Part shown: piece by piece, positions 25,636 through 38,592 of the stretch | How positions within the stretch are numbered: the stretch's first letter is position 1 | How the letters are laid out: each line of letters starts with the position of its first letter | Source of the DNA: Octopus vulgaris | Lineage: Eukaryota | DNA: 64,000 nucleotides | NCBI GenBank assembly: GCA_951406725.2 | Contig: OX597823.1 | Location: forward strand, 101,184,001-101,248,000 | Direction: 5' to 3' | The notes under the pieces: generated by a model | Database searches by the model: none | What the model was told of the DNA's origin: nothing | What the model saw: only the letters and a program-made list of their open reading frames with translations | Translations under genes and position numbers: made by a program

Positions 25636-25799
25636 TCTGTCGTTTACGAAACAATTTCCAGAACTAGATACAGGGTGCTTAACCGAAATCCAGCATGTAT
25701 AAAGTTCCACAAGTTATATTTATGTGTATCTTATATATAAAACTTAGATAAAACTTAGATATGTTTCGACCAGAGATTGGTCCAGGCCATGTCTAACTT

Positions 25800-26174
25800 A
25801 ATAGCACCACTTGATAGGATTATTCGAATCCTGTTTAAGTCAAGTTTTGTTCAAGTAGTGAGTTCTTGTTGGGTGAGTTGTATCCAATTATGGGTGGCTT
25901 ATCTGGTATTCTTTGAAGGAATCTATCCAGACTTTGTTTAAAGTTGATGGGATCCTTTTCCTCTTTGATCTCCCTCGGGACAATGTTAAAAAGGGCAGGG
26001 CCTGTTGAGGAAAAGAAATTATGTTGCAGTGTACATGTATGTTGTGATCTTGAATTTGGCAGGGGACGTATGGCCCGTGGTCCAAGTCTTGGATGGACCT
26101 TGAAGCTAATGTTTAGGTCGTTTGGGCAAAGTTGGCGGTATATTTTCCACATCGTACAAATGATGTACCGCTCA
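25800..26174 (-). mobile_element. 3' end of a CR1/L2-group LINE ORF2
   Basis: ERYII..MWKIY...HPRLG...GPALFNIVPREIK...FKQSLDRFLQRIPDKP...NSLL, a typical C-terminus. Confidence 0.7.
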
Positions 26175-26570
26175 CTAGCAGTATCGCCCGGCGTTGCTCG
26201 GGTTTGTAAGGGAAATAACTATATAAGCATTTTTAGAGAGTTATAGCCAAAAAATAGCAAAAAAATGCATTAAAAATGGAAAAAAAATTAAGGTAATTTT
26301 TTTTTAAATCGTTGACACATCGTAGATATTTTTAGAGAGTTACTTCCCTTATATAATAGCGAAAAAATGCATTAAAATGGAAAAATATGATGGTCAATTT
26401 TTTAAAAATCGTAGACTCATCGTAGACGCGCGCTAATACCCAGAAGGGCTCGATATGAATCACGACTATAAGATACCCGCTTTTGGTTAAACTGCACCGC
26501 AAAATGTGGGAGTAGTTACGAATCTAAATCGTAGGAGACAGACACACAACTTTACTTTTATATACAAAGA
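26175..26570 (-). mobile_element. Non-autonomous Helitron
   Basis: Minus strand starts TC and ends CCCGAGCAACGCCGGG hairpin + CTAG; inserted between A and T. Confidence 0.8.
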
Positions 26571-26844
26571 TATAAGCCACGTAGTTATATACACATACTT
26601 TATTATATACACATTCTTAAAAGAAAATGTTATTTTGAGCACAACATTTGTAAAGAATAAAATATTTTTTGGTTTTTCTTTTAAACGGATGCATACATTT
26701 ATTAATAACTATATATAAGTGTCGTCTGTTTATACATAAACACTGTTTCATACTGCAATTATATATACATATATCTATATATAATATTATATAATAAAAT
26801 ATATACAGAATATGTGTATATATTTATGTATGTATAAATATATA

Positions 26845-27696
26845 CTGAAAGAAGCTCGGCTCGCCAATTAATACTACCAAAATTTAACGAGAGAAAGTAA
26901 ATTAAAAACCAATTTACCTTTTCTGTATTGTTATAGCAATTCGACCGTCCGTGTGTCTTTGCAAATGTGTTGGAATGAGAAGTGAGTTGTGTTTGGCGCC
27001 TTTTTTACTAATAACAAACACACACGTGTCTGTATGTAGTTGTTTGAAACGTTTGTGTTTGTCACTGTCATATATGTATGTGTATGCGTGTGTGTGAGGA
27101 ATGACACACACATACTCACGCACGCACACATGTACATCAATGCTTTCGGAGTGAAATGTTAAAATATTGAGTTTTCTCGAATTTTGTCTTAATTGGGGGT
27201 AAAATTGAAAGAAATGTTGTATGGCATGACCCAATGGAAGTACTTTGAAAAATCATGGGTAAACTCTAATTGAAGAAATTGTGTGAGGAGTAAATCGTTA
27301 TGTATTTATTTGTTTCTGTTTGCTGTGGGTTTTTTTAGTAGTGGTTTAAGGTACACTTCTCTCGTTTTATAGAAATAGTTTCACTTTAATCGTTGCACAC
27401 TTGCAAAGAGAAAGGAGTAGAAATTAGAGTGATAGCGTGAGTGAAGCAGATCGCTCCCTTTTTGTGTGTGTGTGTGTGCGTGTGCCCACACTAAGAAAAT
27501 CACTTGACTTACACACCACAATGTGAGTTTTCTCTAAATTTTGCTTAATTGGGGTTGAAATTTTAAAAACTGGACCTGGCACGACCCGATTTATTCTACT
27601 CTTAAAAATGCTAGGTAAATTGTAATTGAAGAAATCCTATATTGTAGATTTCTATAAGAGACAAAGGGAGGCAGATAAAATCTGCCTTTTATAATA

Positions 27697-27699
<3 letters not shown>
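26845..27699 (-). mobile_element. Probable decayed non-autonomous Helitron
   Basis: 5' TCTTATTATAAAAGGCAGATTTTATCTGCC start on the minus strand, internal duplication (27170-27290 vs 27525-27635); 3' end degenerate. Confidence 0.45.
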
Positions 27700-27738
<39 letters not shown>

Positions 27739-27765
27739 TTTATTTTAAGCAGCAGAAAATTCAAC

Positions 27766-27812
27766 AAAATCTGTTACTCTGAGTTTCTCGTTGCCGTTCA
27801 TCAGACAGTTTT
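27766..27812 (-). ncRNA. Minimal hammerhead (inverted-arm copy)
   Basis: Reverse complement of 30931-30977. Confidence 0.75.
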
Positions 27813-29056
27813 TGTTAGAATGGAACCGATATATCAATTCAATCTAGACTCTTACAAACGCTACACCTTTAAAAAGAAATGGACTTGTTTGATTGGCCCT
27901 TTAGAAAAAAACGGTCAATCTTCGAGCGATAAACAAAAAGGTCAAAAATATATGTATATATATATAAAAAAGCTTATAAAAATTATAAAATCCGAGGAAA
28001 AAAACCTTACATTGAATAAAATACATATTGACATTAATGAAGAAAGTATAAATTAATTCATAGGAATTAAACCTGTTATAAATATTACACTGCAATACAT
28101 ATTTTTATTAAAATGTGCATATATATATCAACATACACAAAAAGGATGCGCGCCAACGCCATACATATACAGACGTATGAATATAAATCTAAATATACAC
28201 ATAAATGCATGTGTACATATATACACGCAAAACCATCTCGCACGCAAGTTAAAAATCATGTATGTAGCGATTCTCATATACTGAGTAAGGGGGGGAACGA
28301 AAGAAAGGAAGAGAGAGAAAAAGGAACGAAGGAGGGGTGGGGAAAAAACGAAATAAGAAAAAATTATGTATACAATCTGTGTAACGGCGTTATTGGCATA
28401 TATGGAGACAAGTATACAAACAAGTTCGTATGGATACATACATACAGTCGTGTATATGTGTGCTTAAGCACAAACATACTCTCACTTACACATACACAGA
28501 TACGCATGCTTACAAATACATATCCTCGGCTATACACATACTTACATCAACATTTTAATTTTGACAACATTGCTTTTTTTGAAAAAACATTGCTTTTTTT
28601 AAAAGAATGGGTGCATTAATAAAAATATATACGAAAGACATATAAAATAAAATAACACCCTATTTTGGATCATTTATAAATAATCAAGGTAATATAAATA
28701 ATCAAGGTAATCCTATACAATACAGTAACCTGAAAACAGGGTCGAAGGTTTTTTCTCATGTATATGTAGAAACATAAGACTTTGCTATACGGATTAAGAT
28801 CCGCATAGCTTGGAAAACAAAATCCACTGTAGCGCTCATCGTTCAAGAGTCAAAATCAAAATTTCAAAAATCAAAAATACAAAATATATACTCTATCCAT
28901 ATGGTATATTTATATTCGACATTTTAAATTTAGCCGCGTGCCTACATAAGTTCATTAGCTCGCTTCTTTGATTCAAAGAATTATTGTCTTTGAATAAGAT
29001 GTACATTTTTTCTAATAGACAAAGTTTGCACTTGAAATTATTTTTGTAAGCTCCAT

Positions 29057-29851
29057 AATGCTGCACCTTATTACGATAGCGCATTAAAGAATAGTGGATT
29101 CTCTGAGAAGATCCAGTTCAACCAGCTTAATGCTGATAATAATGCTGCACGAAGAACTAGGACCAGGAAAGTTTTGTGGTTCAACCCGGCTTTCAATTTG
29201 GCCGTAAAGACTAATATAGGTAAGGAATTTTTGAGATTAGTCTCTAAGCATTTTAAGCAGGGTCATAAATTCTATAGGATTTTTAATAGAAGAACCCTAA
29301 AAGTTAGCTATTCTTGTTGCAAAAATTTCGCCTCTTACATTAGCCAACATAATAGGAAGCTAATTGAGATTAGACATGGTGCCGAGCCCATTAAGAAATG
29401 CAATTGCAAAAACGAAAGCTCCTGTCCGTTAGAAGGGAAATGTCTAGTGAAAGGAGTAGTTTATAGAGCCAAGGTGCAAGTGGAAGGCTCATCAGAATAC
29501 AAGACATACACAGGGGCTTCAGAAAATTCATTTAAAACAAGATTTTATTCTCATAAAAATTCATTTAAATACCCAGAGAATAGGAAGAAGACCAGCCTAG
29601 CAAAATATGTCTGGGAACTAAAAGAAAAGGAAGCCCCACCTTTCAACGTGACATGGAGCATTCTGGACAGGGCGGCACCATACAGGCATGGAGCTTACAA
29701 AAATAATTTCAAGTGCAAACTTTGTCTATTAGAAAAAATGTACATCTTATTCAAAGACAATAATTCTTTGAATCAAAGAAGCGAGCTAATGAACTTATGT
29801 AGGCACGCGGCTAAATTTAAAATGTCGAATATAAATATACCATATGGATAG
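29057..29851 (+). CDS. C-terminal part of PLE ORF: linker + GIY-YIG endonuclease
   Basis: Open from 29057: AAPYYDSALKNSG...WFNPAFN..KTNIGKEFL...KVSYSC...CNC..CPLEGKC..GVVYRA...YTGASE..FKTRFYSH..SF...CKLCLLEK...LNQRSE; RT portion absent. Confidence 0.9.
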   Translation, partial: NAAPYYDSALKNSGFSEKIQFNQLNADNNAARRTRTRKVLWFNPAFNLAVKTNIGKEFLRLVSKHFKQGHKFYRIFNRRTLKVSYSCCKNFASYISQHNRKLIEIRHGAEPIKKCNCKNESSCPLEGKCLVKGVVYRAKVQVEGSSEYKTYTGASENSFKTRFYSHKNSFKYPENRKKTSLAKYVWELKEKEAPPFNVTWSILDRAAPYRHGAYKNNFKCKLCLLEKMYILFKDNNSLNQRSELMNLCRHAAKFKMSNINIPYG

Positions 29852-30930
29852 AGTATATATTTTGTATTTTTGATTTTTGAAATTTTGATTTTGACTCTTG
29901 AACGATGAGCGCTACAATGGATTTTGTTTTCCAAGCTATGCGGATCTTAATCCGTATAGCAAAGTCTTATGTTTCTACATATACATGAGAAAAAACCTTC
30001 GACCCTGTTTTCAGGTTACTGTATTGTATAGGATTACCTTGATTATTTATATTACCTTGATTATTTATAAATGATCCAAAATAGGGTGTTATTTTGTTTT
30101 ATATGTCTTTCGTATATATTTTTATTAATGCACCCATTCTTTTAAAAAAGCAATGTTTTTTCAAAAAAAGCAATGTTGTCAAAATTAAAATGTTGATGTA
30201 AGTATGTGTATAGCCGAGGATATGTATTTGTAAGCATGCGTATCTGTGTATGTGTAAGTGAGAGTATGTTTGTGCTTAAGCACACATATACACGACTGTA
30301 TGTATGTATCCATACGAACTTGTTTGTATACTTGTCTCCATATATGCCAATAACGCCGTTACACAGATTGTATACATAATTTTTTCTTATTTCGTTTTTT
30401 CCCCACCCCTCCTTCGTTCCTTTTTCTCTCTCTTCCTTTCTTTCGTTCCCCCCCTTACTCAGTATATGAGAATCGCTACATACATGATTTTTAACTTGCG
30501 TGCGAGATGGTTTTGCGTGTATATATGTACACATGCATTTATGTGTATATTTAGATTTATATTCATACGTCTGTATATGTATGGCGTTGGCGCGCATCCT
30601 TTTTGTGTATGTTAATATATATATGCACATTTTAATAAAAATATGTATTGCAGTGTAATATTTATAACAGGTTTAATTCCTATGAATTAATTTGTACTTT
30701 CTTCATTAATGTCAATATGTATTTTATTCAATGTAAGGTTTTTTTCCTCGGATTTTATAATTTTTATAAGCTTTTTTATATATATATACATATATTTTTG
30801 ACCTTTTTGTTTATCGCTCGAAGATTGACCGTTTTTTTCTAAAGGGCCAATCAAACAAGTCCATTTCTTTTTAAAGGTGTAGCGTTTGTAAGAGTCTAGA
30901 TTGAATTGATATATCGGTTCCATTCTAACA

Positions 30931-30977
30931 AAAACTGTCTGATGAACGGCAACGAGAAACTCAGAGTAACAGATTTT
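30931..30977 (+). ncRNA. Minimal hammerhead in PLE pLTR
   Basis: AAAACTGT-CTGATGA-ACGGCAACGA-GAAAC-TCAGA-GTA-ACAGATTTT; quasi-palindromic helix III ACTCAGAGT; AATAAA ~25 nt downstream. Confidence 0.75.
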
Positions 30978-31074
30978 GTTGAATTTTCTGCTGCTTAAAA
31001 TAAAGCATATTACTCTACCACTGGTATTTGAGTACTCTTTTTTCCACCTTGTTTCACATTTATGTGTTTACTCC

Positions 31075-31142
<68 letters not shown>

Positions 31143-31145
<3 letters not shown>

Positions 31146-32185
31146 TAATCATATCGCGGTTCACCTATCGCGCCCTCTGTGCCTTGCGGATTTTTCTGGC
31201 TAATACATGTAAATTAATACTGTGGACTCCTCTGTATATCGCGGGTTTCTGCGGCCGGTAGGTATTTATATTTTTTTAGATTTCAATTATTTCTGTGGTA
31301 AAATAAGCATTTTCACGCCTAAAAATTAATAAATACGACCTGTCGTATGAGGGCGTAAAAATCGAATTCTTACCGCGGAACACACATTGCTGATCCAGCC
31401 TATGGATCAAGGTGTTATTCATGCTTTTAAGGCGATCTATACAAAAAATTCCCTTCAACACCTGATCGAGGCTATTAGGTCGGATGATAATTTCTAGCTG
31501 AAGGAGTACTGGCGTGGGTACACCATTGCAAATATTCAGTAGGCCATAAAGATGATGTAGAACGAAACTTTGAATGCCAGCTGGAAGAAATTGTGGCCAG
31601 AAGCGGTCCACAACTATAAAGGATTCTCTCCTGACGAAATTCCCCACTCTGCAGTAGATAAGACAGTTGAAGCTGGCAAAATTATTAGGAGATAGCTTCA
31701 CAGATATGACTACCGAGGACGTTAATAACCTGATCGAGGCTCACTCAGGTCCGTTAACGGATGAAAATCTGACAGAGATGATGAAGCCAGCAAAAAGATC
31801 CAAAGGAAGAAGAAGTCGGCATATCACTAGAACGCCACTCAACAAAACAGCAAAAGAACTTTAAAGAATGGCAGAAGATTAGGACCCCAGGTGATTCGTG
31901 TGTTGCAGTTCAGAAATGCAATCGACGTAGCCATGGCAGTTTATAAAACCCCCCTTACACAGAAGAAAGGCACCGCCAGCAACTGCCTATCATAATGTTC
32001 CTCAGACAAAGAGAAGACACGGGTACTCCTAAGAGTTTATAAAAGTTTAAATATTTAAAAATGATAAAATAAATATATAAAAATAATTTAAAGAAAATAT
32101 ACAGTACATACTCTCTTTATTTCGCGGATTTTCACATATAGCGGGGAATTTTGGAACGTAACGCGCCATAGTAGCAGGATTACTG
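31143..32185 (+). mobile_element. Internally deleted pogo/Tigger element
   Basis: TA-CAGTAATC ... GATTACTG-TA termini; EGVKIEFLPRNT..QPMDQGVIHAFKAIY and WKKLWPE motifs. Confidence 0.82.
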
Positions 32186-32255
32186 TATACACACACACAC
32201 ATATATATGTGTGTACCGATGGCGATTTTTTTCCTCTGTCTTTGCTTTTCCTATG

Positions 32256-32288
32256 TTTCTGACGAAGAGCTCCGCTCGAAACGTTAAA
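32256..32288 (+). ncRNA. Minimal hammerhead in PLE 3' remnant (32215-32373)
   Basis: TTT-CTGACGA-A-GAGC tcc GCTC-GAAAC-GTT-AAA; the tail of the same family also occurs at 12766-12848. Confidence 0.75.
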
Positions 32289-32372
32289 TCCTCCTTCTTT
32301 CCTGAGCGTCCAATAACACTATACTTGTTCCACGTCCTCGCGTTGTTGTGTTTTCTCTTTGTTTGGATTAAC

Positions 32373-32471
<99 letters not shown>

Positions 32472-33344
32472 TTAAGCCTCAATATATGGATTCCGGTAGT
32501 ACTCATAAAAAAGACTCCTTGATGTATCATTCTACAAACATATAGAATATATAGTACGATATTTACTTATATATTTGAACTTTTAATCTTTAATTTAATG
32601 TTGTTCATATTTTTCTCTTTAATATCAAACTCAATATTTAGCAAACTCTGTCTCTGTGAATGATAAATATATGATTTTCCTCTTGTTATAACGAAACCAT
32701 CTAATAATTATTTCTTAATATCTGAAATTCCCCTTCTCCTCGAAGAAACCTGACTTATTAATTTATATTAATTTTATTCTTTATTGTCTTCTACACTTTC
32801 TATGAATTCTTAAAAAATCTATGATTTTTCAAAAACAATTAATATCGTTCATATTTTTCTTGTCGATATTAATCCCTGTATTTCGTAAACATTGTCTCTA
32901 AATATTTTTTATTAAGTTTCAGCTTGTTATCATTATTTTTTTCTCTCTTCTTTTACTTTTTACGATCTTTTATTTTCTAGATTTTTAGTAATAAATCTAT
33001 CTCTTTTCTTTTATTATACTAATAATATCTACTAGTCACTTTTTAATTATATTACTAAAATTCCCTTCCATTTATTAGACAATCGACTTATCATTTTATA
33101 TTAATTTTACTATTAGTGACTTCCATAATCTTTAACGTTCTATTTACATATTGACTTTGCGTTCTTTAAACATTACGTCGAGATTTTAGTATTTAACAAA
33201 GATTTTCTTTTAGTTGTGCATTGTTTTAAAAGTTGCTTTTTGCATTTTGCATAATGCAGACATGGAAGTAATTTATTTATTATCAGATATAATAATACAA
33301 ATTATCTTTATAAGCTTTATGTTACGAAACAATTTGTTATAATA

Positions 33345-33900
33345 TTTGTCCCACTCCCGCACTATACGGCCGTTATATTGACGACTGTATCGGTGCGACC
33401 TAATTCTCCCGCGATCATCTAGACTCTCCTTCCTCTCTTTCGTCAAATCTTTCCATCCTGCACTATCTCTGACACCTCTGTCTCCTTTCTTGACATTTCG
33501 GTCAGCATTCATCACTCCACTCTCACCACCTGCATCCACTACAAACACACAGACTCACACTCATACCTCAACTTCTCTTCTTCCTACTCTAAACACACCA
33601 AGCTTTCCATCCCCTATTCCCAATTCCTCCATCTACTCAGGCTTTGCAGTGACGACCATGACTTTGAGACTCAGTCTCAACTCATGGTTCACCACTTCAT
33701 CATACATGGATATCCCCTCACCACTATCCACACCGCCACAGCCAGAGCACGTTCCGTGGACCGTGCATCTGCTCTCTCCTCCCGCACACACCCCTCCATT
33801 TCACACATCTTCCCTAACCGACCCCTCCCCTCCTTCAAACGAGCCCACAACCTACGAGACCTCTTGGTCCACCCAGACGTAACATCACCCTGTCAACACC
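33345..33900 (+). pseudogene. PLE (Neptune-like) reverse transcriptase fragment with internal deletions
   Basis: YGRYIDDCIG (YIDD at 33374-33385), SVSFLDISV, YKHTDSHSYL, SIPYSQFLHLLRLCS, GYP, PLPSFKRAHNLRDLLV. Confidence 0.85.
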
Positions 33901-34680
33901 AGGCGATCTCAATTGGTGTTAGCGGGGTGGAGGCGAAATAGCTATGGATACTGTCTTTCTTCGGCAATGTGAAGAATAATATGAACTTGCTCTTTCTATG
34001 GCGTCAACAGAGAAAGAAAACGGTTTTCAATTATCTGAAAATGACCGAAGCAGCACTTCACCGTTCTCTCCTCTATTTCGTTGACATGTTGCATCATTTT
34101 CAAATTTAATTAAGAAGCATTTTTTTCTCTGTATGAGAAATACCTCTTGGAATCAATCGATAAATCAATAAATCAGTAATCAATACCGAGACAATATTTA
34201 TTCTTTCAAGAGCTTAACAACAATTTATACCAAGATATTAATAAATTCATTTCAGTGGTAAAAGAATCAGATTTCATCCGTTTATTTGGTCTTCGGAGAA
34301 TTTGGGTGACATATGTTTCATCACCACTAGCAACAATAATTAAGGTGCTGACAATGATGATGATGACAATTGAAATATAAAAATATAAAAATCTCTGACA
34401 AAGGCTATTTACAACATTTCTAAAAATAGCCCAACAATTGCTACCTCGGCCAGGGTTAAGATACATGACTCTTGACATGTCCAACAAAGCGTGACGCCTA
34501 AACCAATCAGCTCAACCAACTAATCAGCTTAAGTAATTGAGTGATACTACACACTGATTGGTCAGAATACAGTTTGCAAAACCTAGCAATCTGGAGCCTA
34601 CACAGCTGTATTTAAGGCACAGATTCAATCATCTCGCTACAGTCAAAAATTGTGAAGCATGACTGTCACCACTACTACAT

Positions 34681-34723
34681 GAACCTGAAGATTGCAGAAT
34701 TTAATGCATGAAAGTACTAATTC
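34681..34723 (+). ncRNA. Minimal hammerhead in PLE remnant (~34200-34850)
   Basis: GAAC-CTGAAGA-TTGCA...TGCAT-GAAAG-TA-CTA-ATTC; 34650-34850 is homologous to 24245-24452. Confidence 0.75.
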
Positions 34724-34878
34724 AATCAGAATGAACATTTAACATTCTATTATTTTATTTTATTTTATTATATTATATTATCTTATATCATTATAAGATT
34801 GTAAATAAAACGTGAAAATCAGACAAGGCTGGAATTCCTTTTATTAATATATTCTTCTATACACAATCACACACACCC

Positions 34879-34913
<35 letters not shown>

Positions 34914-34917
<4 letters not shown>

Positions 34918-35060
34918 CGGCAAGAAGAAATTGGAGGGGATCCAGAGGTAGTATGCATCAACTGTTCGACATTATATTATGTCTATATATTTTAAAGAAT
35001 TATGAGAATATATATATATATATACGTATGTAAAGATTGTGTATTACATACATAAGTACC
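34914..35060 (-). repeat. Inverted copy of 37707-37849 (PLE inverted head)
   Basis: Reverse-complement similarity over ~145 bp, starting in a TA run. Confidence 0.8.
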
Positions 35061-35485
35061 CACCCTTCCTAACGCATGAAATATGTATGTCTATGTGTGT
35101 GTATGTATGTTTTTAATTTAATTTAATTATTTTATAATTATTATATGTGAACTAATATCTAAAAGTATTAAGTGTGATTGTTTTGTAAAATAGTTTGTAA
35201 CGTAAAATATTATAGCTAGTGAAAAGATATTCTATAGTTTGTTAATGTTGTTCTCAAAGCTAAATTATGTCTTCACAGATAAATACATTTTTCTTTTATC
35301 TAATCTATTTTTCACCTTAGGTTTTTAACATGATAAATGTATTATAGACACCTGGTCCTACTTTTTAAGTTTCAAATTTAGTTAACGGAGTTTCTTCTCT
35401 TAGAAAAATCATGATTTTATTTCTTCAAGAAATATTGTTTCATTCTATTTGATTATTTATTTAACTATTATTGTTATTATTGTTG

Positions 35486-35563
35486 ACCTGAGAAGTGACT
35501 ATATTTTTAAATAGAATTTAATTGTAATTCGAATTGAAGTCATAGCCACGAAACGTACGTAGT
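35486..35563 (+). ncRNA. Degenerate hammerhead with long helix II
   Basis: AC-CTGAGAA-GTGACTAT...ATAGCCAC-GAAAC-GTAC-GTA-GT; palindromic helix III ACGTACGT; core imperfect. Confidence 0.55.
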
Positions 35564-35637
35564 TTTTACTTTTTGTGATCTAGTTATATGTTTTATAATA
35601 TATTTTATTTTTTCTTTATGATTTGGTTTATGTCTAT

Positions 35638-36650
35638 TGATACGAGCAGGTCAGCAGGGACACTTCTATGACCTACTTTGCTTGGCTTGGAGACTGAAAG
35701 TCTACAATGTAAAGTTATAGTCCTTTGTTCACGAAAGAGTGATGGCTTTTGGAAGGACCCCTACCCTTTTGCCGGTCAAGGAAGGGTCAAAGAAACTACC
35801 TTATAAAAAGGAGCTGTAAGTCTGTAGGTCAGTTCCAGCCGAGAGATTGGGGTAGTAACATGGCGGACGGGATTACGAGAAAGACAGACACACAGTCATG
35901 AGAGATGACAGGCGAGAGTATGACAGTAGAGCGAGGGGATGAGGGGCCAAGGAAGACATACGATAGGATTAAGCAGTTAATAGAGATGGACTACGGTGTG
36001 AGGCATTGGCTGTTGTATGGTATGTGTTTAATTATGTATTGATATGTGAATTGAGTAAAGGACTTGTTGATGTGTTCATTATTGAGTTGTGGTATTTATG
36101 TTCAGAATTGTTGTGGAAAAGAAATGAGACAGTAAAAAGACATTGTGAATTAAGGAAAGAAAAAAAGAATTGTATTGATACGTGTTACAAAAAAAAAGAG
36201 AAAGAAGAAAGAGAGAAAAAGAAAGACTCTGATATAGTCTTTAAAGACTGAAAAGAACTCTGAACTGTATCGTTAATGTGTACGTTAATTGTAACGTGAA
36301 TTATTTGTGACATGAACATTGTATAATGTATTGATTTGTTGTTTTCTTTAAATGCTGTTGTTATATTGCATCTGCATGCTGTTGATTCTGTTGCTTGTAC
36401 TTACCTTGATTTACCTGATGTATCACATTGTATTTGTTGTAATAGTCATATAAACTAGTAGGTTAAATGTAAGCTGATTGCCTCTATGTCTCTTCCTGCT
36501 GTGGTTGTCTCTCTCCTCTCTGAGTTCCGTGGCGAATTCGCCGATCGATCGAGCCTGGTCAATCGTCGTCGCTCGACTTGTTGGGATCCCGGGTTCGAGT
36601 TCGAGCGACGGCAGGTGGGATTCCGTAACAACTTTCGGAGGTCCGTAACA
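35638..36650 (+). mobile_element. Solo LTR (1013 bp), probably Gypsy-type
   Basis: TGATACG...CCGTAACA termini (TG..CA, short inverted repeat), 4-bp TSD CTAT at 35634-35637 and 36651-36654; TATAAAA at ~35802 used to assign strand. Confidence 0.82.
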
Positions 36651-36788
36651 CTATCATTGTTTGAATTACATAATAATGGTTTTTCTCTAATTTATATATA
36701 TTATATATTTATATTGTGAAAATTGATTTAATACTAAATTGAATTTTTCCCTGTAAGCTTGGAATTATACTCCTTAATATTATATATA

Positions 36789-37060
36789 TTCTTTTATTCT
36801 TTTATTTGTTTCAGTCATTTGACTGCTGCTATGCGGGAGTACCACCTTTAGTCGAGTAAATCGACCCCAGGACTTGTAAGCCTAATACTTATTCTATCGG
36901 TGTTTTTTACCGAACCGCTACATTACGGGGACGTAAACACAACAGCATTGTTTGTCAAGCGATGGTGGGGGTACAAACACAGACACACAAGCATATACAC
37001 ACACATACATATGCATATATACATGCATACATACATACATACATACATACATACATACAT

Positions 37061-37128
<68 letters not shown>

Positions 37129-37290
37129 CGACGGGCTTATTTCAGTTTCCGCCTACCAAATCTACTCACAGGCTTTGGTCGGCCCGAGGCTATATAGGAA
37201 GACACTTGCCCAAGATGCCACGCAGTGGGACCGAACCCGAAACCATGTGGTTGGTAAGAAAGCTACTTACCACACAGCCACTCCTGCGCC
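36789..37290 (-). mobile_element. SINE family 1, full length
   Basis: Reverse-complement match to 7195-7588 with an expanded internal microsatellite. Confidence 0.85.
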
Positions 37291-37571
37291 TATATATATA
37301 TACACACACACACACATATATATTTCTCCTTGCATATATCTTTTCATTTCTACAAAGCTGTACTCCTCTCAAACTCTATTGCATACTTCGATTTTACTCT
37401 TATTATTTCTCTTATACAATCTTTAATAGAAATATTGTGCTATACCTACTAATATTTGATTATTTTGTATGTGTGTACATGCGTATATGTATATATGCAT
37501 GTTTGTGTGTGTATATATATGTGGGTGTGTATATGTATGTGGGTATAAACTCTTTAGACCCTCTTATAAAC

Positions 37572-37673
37572 TCTCTGATGAAACCTAGAGGCACACCCGA
37601 GTAACCTAATACACTGAAAAGATGGAAATAACATGTGGGGTACTGTGACCTCTTGGCAGAAACAGCTGTAAGA
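37572..37673 (+). ncRNA. Hammerhead with greatly extended helix II, in PLE remnant (~37325-38005)
   Basis: TCT-CTGATGA-[AACCTAGAGGCACA...TGTGACCTCTTGGCA]-GAAAC-AGCT-GTA-AGA; helix III palindrome ACAGCTGT. Confidence 0.72.
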
Positions 37674-38017
37674 AACTGTTCTTTTCTCTCTATTCTAGAA
37701 ATTACTGGTACTTATGTATGTAAAACACAAGCTTTACATACGTGTATATATTCTCATAATTCTTTAAAATATATAAATAGACATAATATAATGTCGAACA
37801 GTTGATGCATACTACCTCTGGATACCCTCCATTTTCTTCTAGCCGTATAAATTAAAAAGGTAAAACCACTTTTTTACCCTCGCCCAGTTGTTACGTTCAG
37901 TAGTGTAATTGCCACGCAATAACCAACACTTGGGTATTCTACCAGCAGTATTTTGGATAGATACTATCCCTTAGTTGGTTGGCTTCACAACCTCTAATCT
38001 AACTCTCTTTGAATTAC

Positions 38018-38049
<32 letters not shown>

Positions 38050-38306
38050 ATGTATGTATGTATATATATATTCGTAAAAAGCTGATGATTCGCTCATTCG
38101 TTACTCACGATCAGAAGGAAATATAATGAGTATTGTTTCTTGTTTTTTTTTTTATCACTGTGATAAATAGCATGCAGTGAAAAGCTCTGATCAGTTTCGA
38201 ACGAATGAATAAAATATACCGCATACATTGACGAGTTTTTCTTTTTTTTTCACCTATTTGTATATCTAAACGTATATGGGAAAGCAATCTACCATTAATT
38301 ATGCAG

Positions 38307-38345
<39 letters not shown>

Positions 38346-38535
38346 TACATGCATACACACACATACACACCTACGCACGTACACGTACATATACTCATAT
38401 ATATACACACACATATATATGTATATTTCTGTACACACACACACACACATATATATATATACATATGTACATATATAGATACACACATATATATTCATAC
38501 ATACTTATATACACACGCATATACACATATAATAC

Positions 38536-38592
<57 letters not shown>

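Larger units (their letters stand above)
27738..31076 (+). mobile_element. Penelope-like element, 5'-truncated, with 1.3-kb inverted pLTR and 71-nt tail, in (TA)n
   Basis: 27738-29056 is the near-perfect reverse complement of 29688-31005; GIY-YIG ORF between and overlapping the right arm; a hammerhead in each arm; TA runs on both flanks. Confidence 0.92.

Noticed and set aside
32520-33340. Possible decayed minus-strand coding remnant
   Set aside because: Strand-biased AT-rich sequence with no motif I can assign.
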